DNA of 64,000 nucleotides, taken from the NCBI GenBank assembly GCA_964537715.1, contig CAZIAH010000007.1, positions 2,734-66,733 on the forward strand, written 5' to 3'. Positions 53,568 to 64,000 of this stretch are shown here, piece after piece. The notes beneath the pieces were generated by a model. It worked only from the letters and a program-made list of their open reading frames with translations, was not told the origin of the DNA and did no database searches. The stretch's first letter is position 1. Each line of letters starts with the position of its first letter. Both the position numbers and the translations under genes were made by a program. The stretch comes from an uncultured bacterium. GTDB taxonomy: Bacteria; Zhuqueibacterota; QNDG01; DSAB01.

Positions 53568-54365
53568 CTATGAATATTCTCCTTTTTTAAGCAGCATGGT
53601 TCCATAAGAACCGAGACTGACCATCCGAAGTTTTACATTTTCCAGAAATGTCCAGGGAGATTGCTCCAGTTTCGCTCTGAGATTCCACATCGCATCAAAA
53701 AGATAACAGGCTTTTCTTTCCAAAATGAACTTTTCTTTTTCCATGTCCAGATTTTTCTTAAAATAACTACATCCTTTTCGATAATGGCATTGAATTGCCG
53801 TGTCGATGACCCTGTTATTGTATCTTCCGAACGGAAAAGAAATAAACTGTACTTTGTATCCGATACGATCTTCGATCTCTTTCCGGGAATGCGACAATTC
53901 CTGGTATAAGCATTCATTTTTGACCTGGGTTAAATCCACATGAGACACGCCATGTGATTCGATCTCGAATCCCAACTTTTTCAGCTCCGCAAGCTGATTC
54001 CATGAGAGATGCCTAAATTTTTTTCCTCCTAAATTGACATCCCAGTTATTCAAGCAATCGACAAACCGGGAAATAACAAATATCGTCCCCGTGAATCCAT
54101 ATTCCAGCATCGACGGTACGGCATACCGATAAATGCTCTCATACGCATCATCGAAAGTAAGAACAACCGGTTTCTCGGGCAATGAAAATGTGTGATCGAC
54201 CAACTGGTTGAGAGAAATAGTACGATATCCGTTTTTTTTCAGAAAATGCAGTATTTGTTGAAATTGACCGGGGGTGTTTCGTGTCACCCCCAGTTCAAAT
54301 TCCCTGTCAACTTTATGGAAGGTAAGAATCGGAACATGTTTTTTATCTTGTCTGTTCAAATTCAA
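53568..54365 (-). CDS. Polysaccharide deacetylase (CE4)
   Basis: ILTFH, LTFDD, SHGVSH, SFPFG. Confidence 0.87.
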   Translation of the reverse strand: MNLNRQDKKHVPILTFHKVDREFELGVTRNTPGQFQQILHFLKKNGYRTISLNQLVDHTFSLPEKPVVLTFDDAYESIYRYAVPSMLEYGFTGTIFVISRFVDCLNNWDVNLGGKKFRHLSWNQLAELKKLGFEIESHGVSHVDLTQVKNECLYQELSHSRKEIEDRIGYKVQFISFPFGRYNNRVIDTAIQCHYRKGCSYFKKNLDMEKEKFILERKACYLFDAMWNLRAKLEQSPWTFLENVKLRMVSLGSYGTMLLKKGEYS

Positions 54366-54410
54366 CTCAAATGATTGAACGAAACAAATTGTCGTCCAAT
54401 GAAATCGATT

Positions 54411-56504
54411 TTAATCTTGCTGGTTCTTCATTTTCAAGACAGCTTTTCGGCTGAGATCGAATTTCCCTTCCGGACTGATATTGAGCAATTTGACTTCAAT
54501 CACATCCCCTAATTTCAAATGATCCTCCACACGATTAACGCGCTGAGGCGCAATCTCAGAAATGTGAAGTAATCCCTCCTTGCCGGGAAGTATTTCCAAA
54601 AAAGCACCAAAATTGGTGATCTTCTTTACCTTGCCTTTATAGATCTTACCGATTTCAGGTTTTTGTACCAAATTCTCGATCATCTCTTTTGCGATCTGGC
54701 AGGAATGGACATCTGCGGATGCGATTTGAACGATTCCATCGTCGTCGATATTGATTTCGGCTCCCGATTTCTCGATAATCTCCCGGATCATCTTGCCACC
54801 CGGTCCGATCACCAGACCGATATCGTCCGTATCAATTCTCATTGAAAAAATTCTTGGTGCATAGGGAGAAAGATCTTCTTTTGATTTTGAGATAGTCTGA
54901 TCCATGATGTCCAGAATTTTCATCCTGGCGCGGTTGGCTTTTTCTAGCGCTTTTGTGAGAAGCTCGGATGAAACACCCTTGATTTTGATATCCATCTGGC
55001 ATGAGGTAATGCCCTTTTTCGTACCAGCCACCTTAAAATCCATATCACCTAAATGATCCTCGTCACCAATGATATCGGTCAGAATGGCTACCCTTTTTTC
55101 TTCCTTGATCAGTCCCATTGCAATCCCGGCCACGGCTTCTTTCACAGGAATGCCGGCATCCATCATGGAAAGTGATCCGGCACACACGGTAGCCATGGAA
55201 GACGATCCATTGGATTCGAGAATATCCGAAACGATGCGGATCGTATAGGGAAAGGTCTCTTCGGATGGAATGATCGGTTTGAGCGCCCGCTCGGCTAAAT
55301 TTCCGTGTCCGATTTCCCGCCGGCTGGGTCCCCGAAACGGTTTGACTTCTCCGACACTGAACGACGGAAAATTGTAGTGCAGCATATAGGTTTTCCATGA
55401 TTCTCCGTCGAGACCCTCGATCCGCTGTTCATCCACCTTTGTGCCCAGTGTGACCGCGGTCAGACTCTGCGTTTCACCTCTCGTGAAAAGTGCGGATCCG
55501 TGGGTTCTCGGGAGTACCGAAATTTCACAGGTAATATCCCGGATGTCGTCATAGCCTCTGCCATCGATTCTTACTTTTTTATCGAGTATCATTTTTCTCA
55601 TAAGTTCTTTTTCAGTATCAAAAAACAGCTCTCCAATGACAAGTTCCTGTTCGGGATAAGTTTCGACCAACTGTTCCTGAACCGCTTTCAGGGACTGGTG
55701 CACGATTTCTGATCTTTCCTGTTTATTCTTGATTCCCACAATTTTCTCGAATGCTTTTTTGGCCTCGGTGGCAACGATTTTTTTCATTTCTTCGTCGACC
55801 GAGGTCTCTTCTATCACTGTTTTTGCTTTGCAGACTTCCTTGATAACTGCTTTTTGCATTTCGATAATTTTTTTAATTGCTTCGTGTCCAAATTCAAGTG
55901 CGGAAACCAGATCCGCTTCGGAAATCTCAAACGCTTCCCCTTCGACCATGGCAATTGCATCTTCGGAAGCGGCAACCACGATATTGACATCGCTTTTCTC
56001 GATCTGGCTGAAAGTCGGATTGGCAATGAACTGCCCGCCGATTCTTCCAACCCGCACAGCAGCGACAGGACCGTCGAATGGAATTTCAGAGATGGAAATG
56101 GCCGCGGAAGCGCCGATGGTTCCCAACACATCGGCATCGTTTTCCTTGTCCGAGGACAGAACGGTAATGACGACCTGCACCTCATGGTGGTAATTCTTTG
56201 GGAAAAGCGGACGAATGGGGCGGTCGATCAACCTGGCGCTCAGCACTTCTTTTTCGGAGGGTCTGCCTTCTCGTTTGAAAAATCCCCCGGGTATCTTTCC
56301 GGCGGCGTATGCTTTCTCCCGATATTCCACGGAAAGGGGGAAAAAACCCCTGCTTTCAATCGGCTCTCTGCTCGCACAGACAGTCGCCAGAATCACCGTA
56401 TCGCCATACCGGACGAGTGCAGAACCGTTGCTTTGTTTGGCCAGCTTGCCGGTTTCTATACCTAATGTTCTTTCCCCCAATTCAATACTCTTTTTACATA
56501 ACAT
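54411..56504 (-). CDS. pnp: Polyribonucleotide nucleotidyltransferase
   Basis: Two RNase PH domains, GDMDFKVAG, KH and S1 domains. Confidence 0.97.
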   Translation of the reverse strand: MLCKKSIELGERTLGIETGKLAKQSNGSALVRYGDTVILATVCASREPIESRGFFPLSVEYREKAYAAGKIPGGFFKREGRPSEKEVLSARLIDRPIRPLFPKNYHHEVQVVITVLSSDKENDADVLGTIGASAAISISEIPFDGPVAAVRVGRIGGQFIANPTFSQIEKSDVNIVVAASEDAIAMVEGEAFEISEADLVSALEFGHEAIKKIIEMQKAVIKEVCKAKTVIEETSVDEEMKKIVATEAKKAFEKIVGIKNKQERSEIVHQSLKAVQEQLVETYPEQELVIGELFFDTEKELMRKMILDKKVRIDGRGYDDIRDITCEISVLPRTHGSALFTRGETQSLTAVTLGTKVDEQRIEGLDGESWKTYMLHYNFPSFSVGEVKPFRGPSRREIGHGNLAERALKPIIPSEETFPYTIRIVSDILESNGSSSMATVCAGSLSMMDAGIPVKEAVAGIAMGLIKEEKRVAILTDIIGDEDHLGDMDFKVAGTKKGITSCQMDIKIKGVSSELLTKALEKANRARMKILDIMDQTISKSKEDLSPYAPRIFSMRIDTDDIGLVIGPGGKMIREIIEKSGAEINIDDDGIVQIASADVHSCQIAKEMIENLVQKPEIGKIYKGKVKKITNFGAFLEILPGKEGLLHISEIAPQRVNRVEDHLKLGDVIEVKLLNISPEGKFDLSRKAVLKMKNQQD

Positions 56505-56519
56505 ATAAATTAACTCCTA

Positions 56520-56574
56520 AAAAAACAATCAATTGGACAAATCAATCACTATTGATCGTTTCCCATTTGATTGT
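56520..56574 (-). terminator. Long hairpin with U-tract between rpsO and pnp
   Basis: ACAATCAA...TTGATTGT outer stem, inner ATCAAT/ATTGAT stem, then a T-run. Confidence 0.6.
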
Positions 56575-56600
56575 ATGATAAATCCATGAATACGGTTTGT

Positions 56601-56870
56601 CTAACGCCGTATTCCCAAATCTTTAATCAAACCTCGATACTTCTCAATGTCCGAACGGATCAAATAATCGAGGAGTCTTCTTCGCTGACCGACCAGTTTC
56701 AGCAACCCTCTCCGCGAATGGTGGTCTTTTTGATGTACTTTGAAGTGTTCGGTCAGATGTTCGATTCTTTTGGTCAGAAGCGCAATTTGAACTTCCGTTC
56801 TCCCCGTATCCTGGGAATTTTGTCCGAATTTGCCGATCAAATCCTGCTTAGATACATTGTTCAAACCCAT
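56601..56870 (-). CDS. rpsO: 30S ribosomal protein S15
   Basis: [23 protein letters not shown]. Confidence 0.97.
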   Translation of the reverse strand: MGLNNVSKQDLIGKFGQNSQDTGRTEVQIALLTKRIEHLTEHFKVHQKDHHSRRGLLKLVGQRRRLLDYLIRSDIEKYRGLIKDLGIRR

Positions 56871-56879
56871 GTATTCCTC

Positions 56880-57818
56880 CTATGCAATTTTCGATAATAT
56901 CTTGATACTTTTTTCCCTGTCTTTTTTAATTTCAGAAACCATCACATCGATGTTTTCAAACTTTTTTTCTTCTCTGATAAAATCTATGAATTCAACAGTT
57001 AACTCCTGATCATACAAATCACCCTGAAAATCATGCAAATGAATCTCGATCTGTCTTTGGCTTCCGTTCACAGTGGGACGTGTACCAATGTAACACACCC
57101 CCTGAAAACGATCCTGTTCTGTGTGAACCAGCACGGCATAGATGCCGTTCCGCGGAATCAATTTCTGATGATCTTCTGACTGAAAAAGATTGGCCGTCGG
57201 GACACCCCATTGCCTTGCCATTTCCTCGCCTTTTTTTACGATACCGCGAATCGAGTAATTGCTGCCCAGCATTCGGTTGGCGTTTCGTATCTCACCCTGA
57301 TAAAGCAATTGACGAATCCGCGTGCTGCTGACCACTTCCTTACCAATCCGAACCGGCTTTACTACGTGAACGGAAAACCCCAGTTTTTTACCGAGATTGA
57401 TCAGAAAATTACGGTCGCCTTTGCGGTGGCTTCCGAATGCATGATCATACCCAATGACAAATTCATGAATTTCCATTTTATCGAGAAGCATTTCTTTTAA
57501 AAACAATTCGGGTTCATATTGCGACAATGTTCGGGTAAATGGAATGAGTAAAACATTTCTTACTCCCAACGATTCCATGATTGTGACCTTCTCATTCAAA
57601 GTGGTCAGATTCTCAATCGGACCGTTTCCATCTTTGATCACTTTTAAGGGGTGTTTATCAAACGTAACAATTAGAGAATTCCCTTCCAGTTTTTCTGCAC
57701 GTTCGACCAAGTATTGAATGATCTGTCGATGTCCATTGTGGACCCCATCAAAAGTTCCCAACGTTACAACCACACGTTTCAAACGGGGAATATCAGAACG
57801 ATACGGATATACATTCAT
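56880..57818 (-). CDS. ribF: Bifunctional riboflavin kinase/FAD synthetase
   Basis: GTFDGVHNGH, SSTRIR, PTAN, GTRPT. Confidence 0.95.
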   Translation of the reverse strand: MNVYPYRSDIPRLKRVVVTLGTFDGVHNGHRQIIQYLVERAEKLEGNSLIVTFDKHPLKVIKDGNGPIENLTTLNEKVTIMESLGVRNVLLIPFTRTLSQYEPELFLKEMLLDKMEIHEFVIGYDHAFGSHRKGDRNFLINLGKKLGFSVHVVKPVRIGKEVVSSTRIRQLLYQGEIRNANRMLGSNYSIRGIVKKGEEMARQWGVPTANLFQSEDHQKLIPRNGIYAVLVHTEQDRFQGVCYIGTRPTVNGSQRQIEIHLHDFQGDLYDQELTVEFIDFIREEKKFENIDVMVSEIKKDREKSIKILSKIA

Positions 57819-58506
57819 CAGCGTTGCACAATGATTCTATTTTTTCAAGCGAACAGGATTCTTCCAGTTTGTATGGTCCGACACGGGTTCTTTTTAAAGC
57901 GGACAAAAAAGCACCTGTGCCCAAATGATTTCCGATATCTCTTGCCAGAGCGCGTATATAGGTCCCCTTCGAGCAAGTAATTTGAATCGTCAGTTCTGGA
58001 TTGTTCCAGTCTAACAGATCGATTTGATGTATATAAACCTCTCGCGGTTCCCGATGGATACGGATTCCCTTTCTGGCCATTCGATACAATCTTTTGCCGT
58101 TTTTTTTGATCGCAGAATACATCGGCGGTGTCTGATGAATTCTCCCGCAGAATTTCCGAAGTGTTTCAACGATCTGTTCGGTTGAAAAATGACCGACCTT
58201 CTGACGGGAGATGATCTTTCCTTCCCCATCGTCCGTATCCGTACACGTACCGAGTTCGATGGTGCCGATATAAGTTTTTCCCCATTCGATCATTTTTGAA
58301 ACCTGCTTGGTTGCACGGCCGAGACAGAGAAGCAAAACACCAGTTGCCCGGGGATCCAGAGTACCCGCATGTCCGACTTTATTAAAATGTGTCCACTTTC
58401 TGACGAGATTGACGACATGAAACGAGGTCATACCCAAGGGTTTGTTGATATTCAGAATTCCGCCGTTTTCACGATCGATCGCAAATGTATCGAAAAATCG
58501 TTCCAT
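57793..58506 (-). CDS. truB: tRNA pseudouridine55 synthase
   Basis: GHAGTLDP, PPMYSA, SKGTYIR. Confidence 0.96.
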   Translation of the reverse strand: MERFFDTFAIDRENGGILNINKPLGMTSFHVVNLVRKWTHFNKVGHAGTLDPRATGVLLLCLGRATKQVSKMIEWGKTYIGTIELGTCTDTDDGEGKIISRQKVGHFSTEQIVETLRKFCGRIHQTPPMYSAIKKNGKRLYRMARKGIRIHREPREVYIHQIDLLDWNNPELTIQITCSKGTYIRALARDIGNHLGTGAFLSALKRTRVGPYKLEESCSLEKIESLCNADECISVSF

Positions 58507-58508
58507 AA

Positions 58509-59492
58509 TTATAAATAAATTTTTATCCGATTCAGAATCCTGTTTTTCACATCGTCCAGTTTGCCTTCAATGCAACATCCAGATGCCCGACTGTGTCCTC
58601 CGCCGTTGAAATATTTGGAAACTTCATTGACGTCTACTTTTCTTTTTGAACGAAAACTCACACGATAAAAATCTTCCTTTTCTTCCAACATAAAAAAGAC
58701 GACTTCCGTATCTTCTATCGTGAGTAAATAATCGACAAATCCTTCGGTATCGACTTCTCCATTCTGCGTCAAATCCTTACAACTCAAATGAATGGAAGAA
58801 ATGGCCCCGTCACAATAAAATTCAAGCGTGTTCAAAGCTGCGGCCAAAGCCTTCAAAGTATCGATGGAATTTCTGAAATAGAGATTCGAAGCAATCACAT
58901 CCGGTTTCGCGCCGTGTTTGACCATTTCCGCACAGATCGAGAGAGAACGATAGGTAGTATTGGGAAATACAAACTTGCCCGTGTCACTCATGATGCCGGT
59001 ATAAATTAATGTCGCTGTCTCCGGAGAAAGTGGGATGTTCCATTGAGAAAACAGCGTATAGACAATTTCAACCGTACTGCTCTCTGTGGAATCGACAAGA
59101 TTGAATTGTCCGAAAAATTGATTCCCCGGATGATGATCGATATTGATGATTATCGAATCCTTCGAACTATATTTTTTAACACAACCGATCCGGTCCAGAT
59201 TCGAACAATCCATGACAACCAGACATCGGGGTTGAAAGGCACATCCTTCTTTATTGCCATTTTCAACTGTTTTGATCCCTGGGAGAAAATTCAATTTTCT
59301 CGGTATTTCATCATCGACATAAACACAAAAACGTTTTTTCAGGAATCGCAAAATAGAAGCAAAAAGAAGAATGGATGTGATTGAATCTCCATCCGAACGG
59401 ATATGGGTCGTAATTAAAAAATCATCTGCCTGCTCCACAAACGACTTGATTTCTAAAAAACGGTCTAAATGTTTCTTGGCTTGACACTCCAT
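58509..59492 (-). CDS. nrnA: DHH/DHHA1 phosphoesterase (NrnA)
   Basis: DGD, NIDHH, SDTG, SFRS, GGGH. Confidence 0.88.
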   Translation of the reverse strand: MECQAKKHLDRFLEIKSFVEQADDFLITTHIRSDGDSITSILLFASILRFLKKRFCVYVDDEIPRKLNFLPGIKTVENGNKEGCAFQPRCLVVMDCSNLDRIGCVKKYSSKDSIIINIDHHPGNQFFGQFNLVDSTESSTVEIVYTLFSQWNIPLSPETATLIYTGIMSDTGKFVFPNTTYRSLSICAEMVKHGAKPDVIASNLYFRNSIDTLKALAAALNTLEFYCDGAISSIHLSCKDLTQNGEVDTEGFVDYLLTIEDTEVVFFMLEEKEDFYRVSFRSKRKVDVNEVSKYFNGGGHSRASGCCIEGKLDDVKNRILNRIKIYL

Positions 59493-59502
59493 GATTTATT
59501 TT

Positions 59503-59865
59503 CTAACTTTCACCCTTTATATCTGTAGACTCCAGTGATTTTAATAAATGGTCGATATGTTCTTGATAATCCAAAGTTTCATCAATATAAAAATTGACGA
59601 TAGGCGCATAACGCAGTCTCAATCTGGAACCGATTTCGTTCTGGATATAGGTTCTCGCCTGATTTAATCCTTCTATCGATTTGTCTTTTTGTTCACGGTT
59701 CCCAAGCACGCTGAAATAGACTTTCGCATTTCTCAGATCGCTCGACACCCGAACATTCGTGATGGTAACGAATCCAATGCGGGGATCTTTGATTCGTGTC
59801 TGCAGCATATTGCCGATTTCATTCTTAATCTGCATGGCCACTTTTTTAGATCGATTGGACGACAT
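59503..59865 (-). CDS. rbfA: Ribosome-binding factor A
   Basis: KDPRI, SDLRNAKVY, LRYAP. Confidence 0.94.
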   Translation of the reverse strand: MSSNRSKKVAMQIKNEIGNMLQTRIKDPRIGFVTITNVRVSSDLRNAKVYFSVLGNREQKDKSIEGLNQARTYIQNEIGSRLRLRYAPIVNFYIDETLDYQEHIDHLLKSLESTDIKGES

Positions 59866-59867
59866 TT

Positions 59868-60149
59868 CTAAAATATCTCAATGACCTGATCGATAATTTC
59901 AATTCGATCTTCTTTGGAAACAACCCCCACGACTTTGCTTAACGTTTCGTCGATGAACCGCCGGTTATTCGAAACGCATGCAATCCCTAAAATTGAACGC
60001 TGCCATTTATCCAAAAAATCGACCTCCGCAACCGAAACATTAAACAGATTCCGGATTCTTGTCTTGATGCTTTTCAGGACAAAACGTTTCTCTTTCAATG
60101 AACCTGCTCCGGGCAAAAACAATTCGATTTGAATGGTGCCGATCAGCAT
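59868..60149 (-). CDS. DUF503 (YlxP-like) protein
   Basis: SLKEKR, FNVSVAEV; typical position between infB and rbfA. Confidence 0.9.
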   Translation of the reverse strand: MLIGTIQIELFLPGAGSLKEKRFVLKSIKTRIRNLFNVSVAEVDFLDKWQRSILGIACVSNNRRFIDETLSKVVGVVSKEDRIEIIDQVIEIF

Positions 60150-62767
60150 TATTTTAACGTTCTTGCCGTTTCGACAATTCGATAGGCTTCGATTTTATCG
60201 TCCACCTGGACATCATTAAAACCTTCAAGGGTAATACCACATTCGAACCCACTGGTCACTTCCTTGACATCTTCCTTGAACCGTTTAAGCGAAGATATTT
60301 TTCCTTCGTGAATGACTTCGTTGTTGCGAAGCAGCCGCGCCAGACTCTTTCTGACGACTTTTCCGGAAACCACAAAACAGCCGGCAATGTTGCCAACTTT
60401 GGATGCTTTAAAAATGTCCCGTATCTCCACTGTACCAATAATTTCTTCGCTCAATTCAGGTTCGAGCAATCCGGAAAGTGCCAGTTTTACATCGTTCACA
60501 ACGTCATAAATGACCTTGTAAAGACGAATGTCCACATTTTCCTTTTGTGCGAGTTCCTTTGCTTTGACCGTGGGCGAAACGTGAAATCCGATAATGACCG
60601 CCTGAGAAGCTTCCGCCAACAGGACATCCGATTCGACAATGGCCCCGACACCTTTATGAATAATCCGGACGGAAACATCCTCGTTCCCCAGATCCATGAG
60701 TGAATCGCTCAGTGCCTCCACGGATCCGTCCACATCCGCCTTGATAATGATGGAAAGCTCCTTGACGATTCCTTCTGCAATCTGTTTCGAAATCTGATCC
60801 AGGGTCAATCGCTTGATCTGCCGGAAACTCTGTTCTCTGCGGAGCTGCTGCCGCTTTAGTCCGATTTCTCTCGCCTGTTGTTCCGATTCCACCACAGAGA
60901 ATACATCACCTGCCTGGGGAACCCCGTTGAAACCTAAAACCTGAACGGGTGTAGAAGGCGGCGCCTCAGTAACCGGCTGATTTCTTTCATCAAACATGGC
61001 CCTGACTCTGCCGTACTGCTGACCGGCCACAAAAGGTTGTCCTTTTTTCAGTGTGCCCTTTTTGACTAAAATGCTTCCGACGATGCCCCGTCCATGTTCA
61101 ACGCGGGTCTCAATGATCACCGCTTTTGCCAGACAATCCGGGTTTGCTTTCAATTCGAGAATTTCCGATTCGAGCAGAATCAACTCCAATAGATGGTCCA
61201 CATTTTGACCGGTCTTTGCAGAAATTTCCACGCACTGTACTTTGCCACCCCACTCTTCAACAAGCACATTGTGCTCAGAAAGTCCCTTCTTGATCCGCTC
61301 TACATCCGCATTGGGTTTATCTATTTTATTGATTGCAACCACGATGGGCACACCCGCCGCTCTCGCGTGATTGATCGCCTCGATGGTTTGGGGCATCACA
61401 TTGTCATCGGCGGCAACAACAAGAACGACAATGTCCGTGACCTGGGCGCCTCTTGCCCGCATGGCGGTAAACGCCTCATGCCCGGGCGTATCCAGAAAAG
61501 TAATTTTCTTACCGTTGAAACTGACTTCATAGGCACCAATGTGCTGTGTGATGCCACCGGATTCTCCGGCAATGATATTGCTTTCTCTGATATAATCCAG
61601 AAGCGAAGTCTTTCCGTGATCGACGTGCCCCATGATCGTGACGACTGGCGGGCGCCCCTGCAATGCGGAGATATCCTCTTCTTCTTCCTCCAGATTTTCT
61701 TCTAAATTTTCTTCCCCATACTCAGTCAAAAATCGGACGTCATATCCGAATTCATCAGCCACCATCAAAATGGTTTCTCGATCCAGTCGCTGGTTAATGG
61801 AGACCATCAGTCCCAATGAAAGACACGCCTGAATGACTTCACTCGAATCCACATTCATCAAGTTGGCAAGTTCTGCCACCGATACGAATTCCGTTGTTTT
61901 GATAACATTCCCTTCCTCAACGACGCTCTCTTCAGTCTCTTTATCCTTCTTGCGCCGTTTCCGTTTTGTCGTCTCCCCCATTTTGGCAAGCGTTTCCTTG
62001 ATCGAAGCCTCGATCTCTTTCTCATCGATCTGAACACTGACTTTCCTGCGTTTTCTTTTTCGTCTCTTTTTCTTTTTCGCGGGAGAGGGAAATTCACCTT
62101 CCCCGGTTTTCTCCAGAATCTTTTTCTTTTCCCCGATTCCTTTTCTGCCTTTCTGCGCAGACAACTTGGCACGATCCTCATCCTCTTCTTTTCTTCTTTT
62201 TATTTTTGGTCTTCTCTTGAGATGACGTACCGGCTTCTCGGAAATTTCAGACTTTGTCTCCTTGGCCTTTTGGCCGGGTTGAGTTTCCTTGTGAACAGTC
62301 TCAACTGTTTCTTTTCTCGTTTTTTCTCTTTTTGCCGGTTTTTCTTCCAGCTCTATTTTTTTGATTTTTACTTTGGGCGCAACTTTTCTTTCCGCTTTTT
62401 CTTGGACTTGCTTCTTTTCCTCGGGAACTGTTTTTTTCTTCTTTTCGGCTTCATAAATATCCGTTTTGGAAAGTTCTAAAATTTCATCGATCTCATGCCG
62501 AATCGCTTCCTTGCGAAGTTCATCTTCTTTTTTTCTTTCCTGAATTTTTCTTCTTATATCGGATTCTTTTTCGACTTCAACTTCTTTGATCCCAAATTTT
62601 TCATGGACGAGTTCATACATCTCATCAGACAGTGGTGCCATGTGGTTGCTCACCTTGAATTTATGTCCATTCAAAAATTCTATCAGTGCTTCATTGGATA
62701 TATGAAATTCTTTGGCAACCTGATAAATACGTTTCGTTCTGGCTACTTTTTTATTTTTACCTTCCAA
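60149..62767 (-). CDS. infB: Translation initiation factor IF-2
   Basis: [17 protein letters not shown]. Confidence 0.97.
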   Translation of the reverse strand: MEGKNKKVARTKRIYQVAKEFHISNEALIEFLNGHKFKVSNHMAPLSDEMYELVHEKFGIKEVEVEKESDIRRKIQERKKEDELRKEAIRHEIDEILELSKTDIYEAEKKKKTVPEEKKQVQEKAERKVAPKVKIKKIELEEKPAKREKTRKETVETVHKETQPGQKAKETKSEISEKPVRHLKRRPKIKRRKEEDEDRAKLSAQKGRKGIGEKKKILEKTGEGEFPSPAKKKKRRKRKRRKVSVQIDEKEIEASIKETLAKMGETTKRKRRKKDKETEESVVEEGNVIKTTEFVSVAELANLMNVDSSEVIQACLSLGLMVSINQRLDRETILMVADEFGYDVRFLTEYGEENLEENLEEEEEDISALQGRPPVVTIMGHVDHGKTSLLDYIRESNIIAGESGGITQHIGAYEVSFNGKKITFLDTPGHEAFTAMRARGAQVTDIVVLVVAADDNVMPQTIEAINHARAAGVPIVVAINKIDKPNADVERIKKGLSEHNVLVEEWGGKVQCVEISAKTGQNVDHLLELILLESEILELKANPDCLAKAVIIETRVEHGRGIVGSILVKKGTLKKGQPFVAGQQYGRVRAMFDERNQPVTEAPPSTPVQVLGFNGVPQAGDVFSVVESEQQAREIGLKRQQLRREQSFRQIKRLTLDQISKQIAEGIVKELSIIIKADVDGSVEALSDSLMDLGNEDVSVRIIHKGVGAIVESDVLLAEASQAVIIGFHVSPTVKAKELAQKENVDIRLYKVIYDVVNDVKLALSGLLEPELSEEIIGTVEIRDIFKASKVGNIAGCFVVSGKVVRKSLARLLRNNEVIHEGKISSLKRFKEDVKEVTSGFECGITLEGFNDVQVDDKIEAYRIVETARTLK

Positions 62768-62769
62768 AC

Positions 62770-64000
62770 TTACTCTCCGTCAACTGCAGTTTTAGAATCG
62801 TCCAAATCGGACGATTCTTTCTTTTTCCCTTGCGGTTCCATTTCATAATAAGAATTTAAAATGTCAATAATCTTTCCGGCTTTCTTTTCCCCCAATCCCT
62901 TCAATTCGCAAAGCGCATCCTTGCCTGCATCCAGAACATCGTCCGCAGTTTCGTAACCGGCGTCAACCAGTTTTTGAATAATCGTTTTTGACAATTCAGG
63001 AATATCTTCAATTAATAATTTTTCTTCTTTACTTTCCAATGAAACCCATTCGGTTTCCTTGACAGTCGTGATTTCATAATCCGTCAATATCGAAGCCAAC
63101 TGACGATTCTGTCCCCCCTTTCCAATCGCCAAAGAAATTTGTTCATCTGAGATCACTGCGGTTGCCTGTTTCTTGTCCTCATCCATGACGATGCGAACCG
63201 GTTTTGCCGGACTCAATGCACGGCTGATAAAAATTTCCGGCTCACTGCTCCAGTTGATCACGTCGATTTTCTCGTTGTTCAGTTCTTTCACAATTGCCTG
63301 AATCCGCACGCCTTTCAATCCGACACAGGCACCAACCGCATCGATCCGCTTGTCATTTGAAAACACGGCCACCTTAGCACGGTCTCCCGGAAAACGTGCG
63401 ACTCCTTTAATTTCTATGATGCCGTCATAGATTTCCGGCACTTCAATTTCAAAAAGACGAATTAAAAATTTGGGATCGGTTCTGGAAACGATGACTTCCG
63501 GTCCGCGGTTCGTACGCGTCACATCCTTGATCACAGCACGTATGGTATCGCCGCGGTGGCAACGCTCGTTATAAATCTGTTCCGATTTGTGCAGCACCAC
63601 TTCCATATGATCGACGGCAATCAAAATTTCGTCCCGGTTAATCTGCCGGATATCGCCGATAATAATTTCTCCGATTCGGTCTTTAAATTCATTAAAGAGA
63701 ACTTCTTTTTCCGATTCACGAATTTTTTGATTCAGTCCCTGCTTTGCCGAAGTGATCAGTCTGCGTCCAAAACTTGAGGGATCGATGATTTCGACGAATT
63801 CATCACCCAATTCCAAATCGGGGCCAACTTCCCGAGCCTTTTCTATAGCAATTTCGGTCACCGGATCATTGACTTCTTCTACGATGATCTTGTTTTGATA
63901 TATTTCCACTTCTCCCTTGTCTATGTTGACAAAAATTTCAAAATTATCCGTGGTCCCGTATTTTCTTTTTATCATGGACAGAAATATACTTTCCAGAATT
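62770..64000 (-). CDS. nusA: Transcription factor NusA (N-terminus off window)
   Basis: S1 and KH domains, VGACVG, LAIGKGGQN, C-terminal HhH. Frame is open to the window edge. Confidence 0.96.
   Translation of the reverse strand, partial: ILESIFLSMIKRKYGTTDNFEIFVNIDKGEVEIYQNKIIVEEVNDPVTEIAIEKAREVGPDLELGDEFVEIIDPSSFGRRLITSAKQGLNQKIRESEKEVLFNEFKDRIGEIIIGDIRQINRDEILIAVDHMEVVLHKSEQIYNERCHRGDTIRAVIKDVTRTNRGPEVIVSRTDPKFLIRLFEIEVPEIYDGIIEIKGVARFPGDRAKVAVFSNDKRIDAVGACVGLKGVRIQAIVKELNNEKIDVINWSSEPEIFISRALSPAKPVRIVMDEDKKQATAVISDEQISLAIGKGGQNRQLASILTDYEITTVKETEWVSLESKEEKLLIEDIPELSKTIIQKLVDAGYETADDVLDAGKDALCELKGLGEKKAGKIIDILNSYYEMEPQGKKKESSDLDDSKTAVDGE

Noticed and set aside
61950-62600. Low-complexity T/C-rich stretch
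   Set aside because: Encodes the Lys/Glu/Arg-rich linker of IF-2 and is not a repeat element.

Overview
Mostly core chromosome of a diderm bacterium. Gene order and protein motifs suggest the FCB superphylum, possibly KSB1/Calditrichota-like; this is inference, not a database result. Nearly all genes are on the minus strand. Core blocks: nusA-infB-rbfA-truB-ribF-rpsO-pnp; dinB-mltG-pcrA; rplM-rpsI-rpsB-tsf-pyrH-frr; a permuted trp operon (D-C-F-B-A-E-G); uvrB-purD; a DAP/lysine operon; prfB with its +1 frameshift; and lysS-lolCD-mcsAB-clpC. The ORF track misses a partial 4Fe-4S membrane protein, the prfB N-terminus and a trp leader peptide (...NWWWCWL) followed by two tandem terminators. Accessory elements are one DDE insertion sequence with repeated end motifs, a ~115-bp twin-hairpin MITE/REP-like element, an AT-rich orphan gene and a four-gene amino-sugar surface-modification cassette. 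The best candidates for an undescribed system are (i) a remodelled DAP operon, with an aspartokinase lacking its substrate-binding Arg, an Alr-family racemase with Arg-to-Asp near the active site and an orphan homoaconitase/IPMI large subunit, and (ii) the Gtr-like N-acyl-aminosugar transfer cassette. No tRNA, rRNA or CRISPR array was seen.
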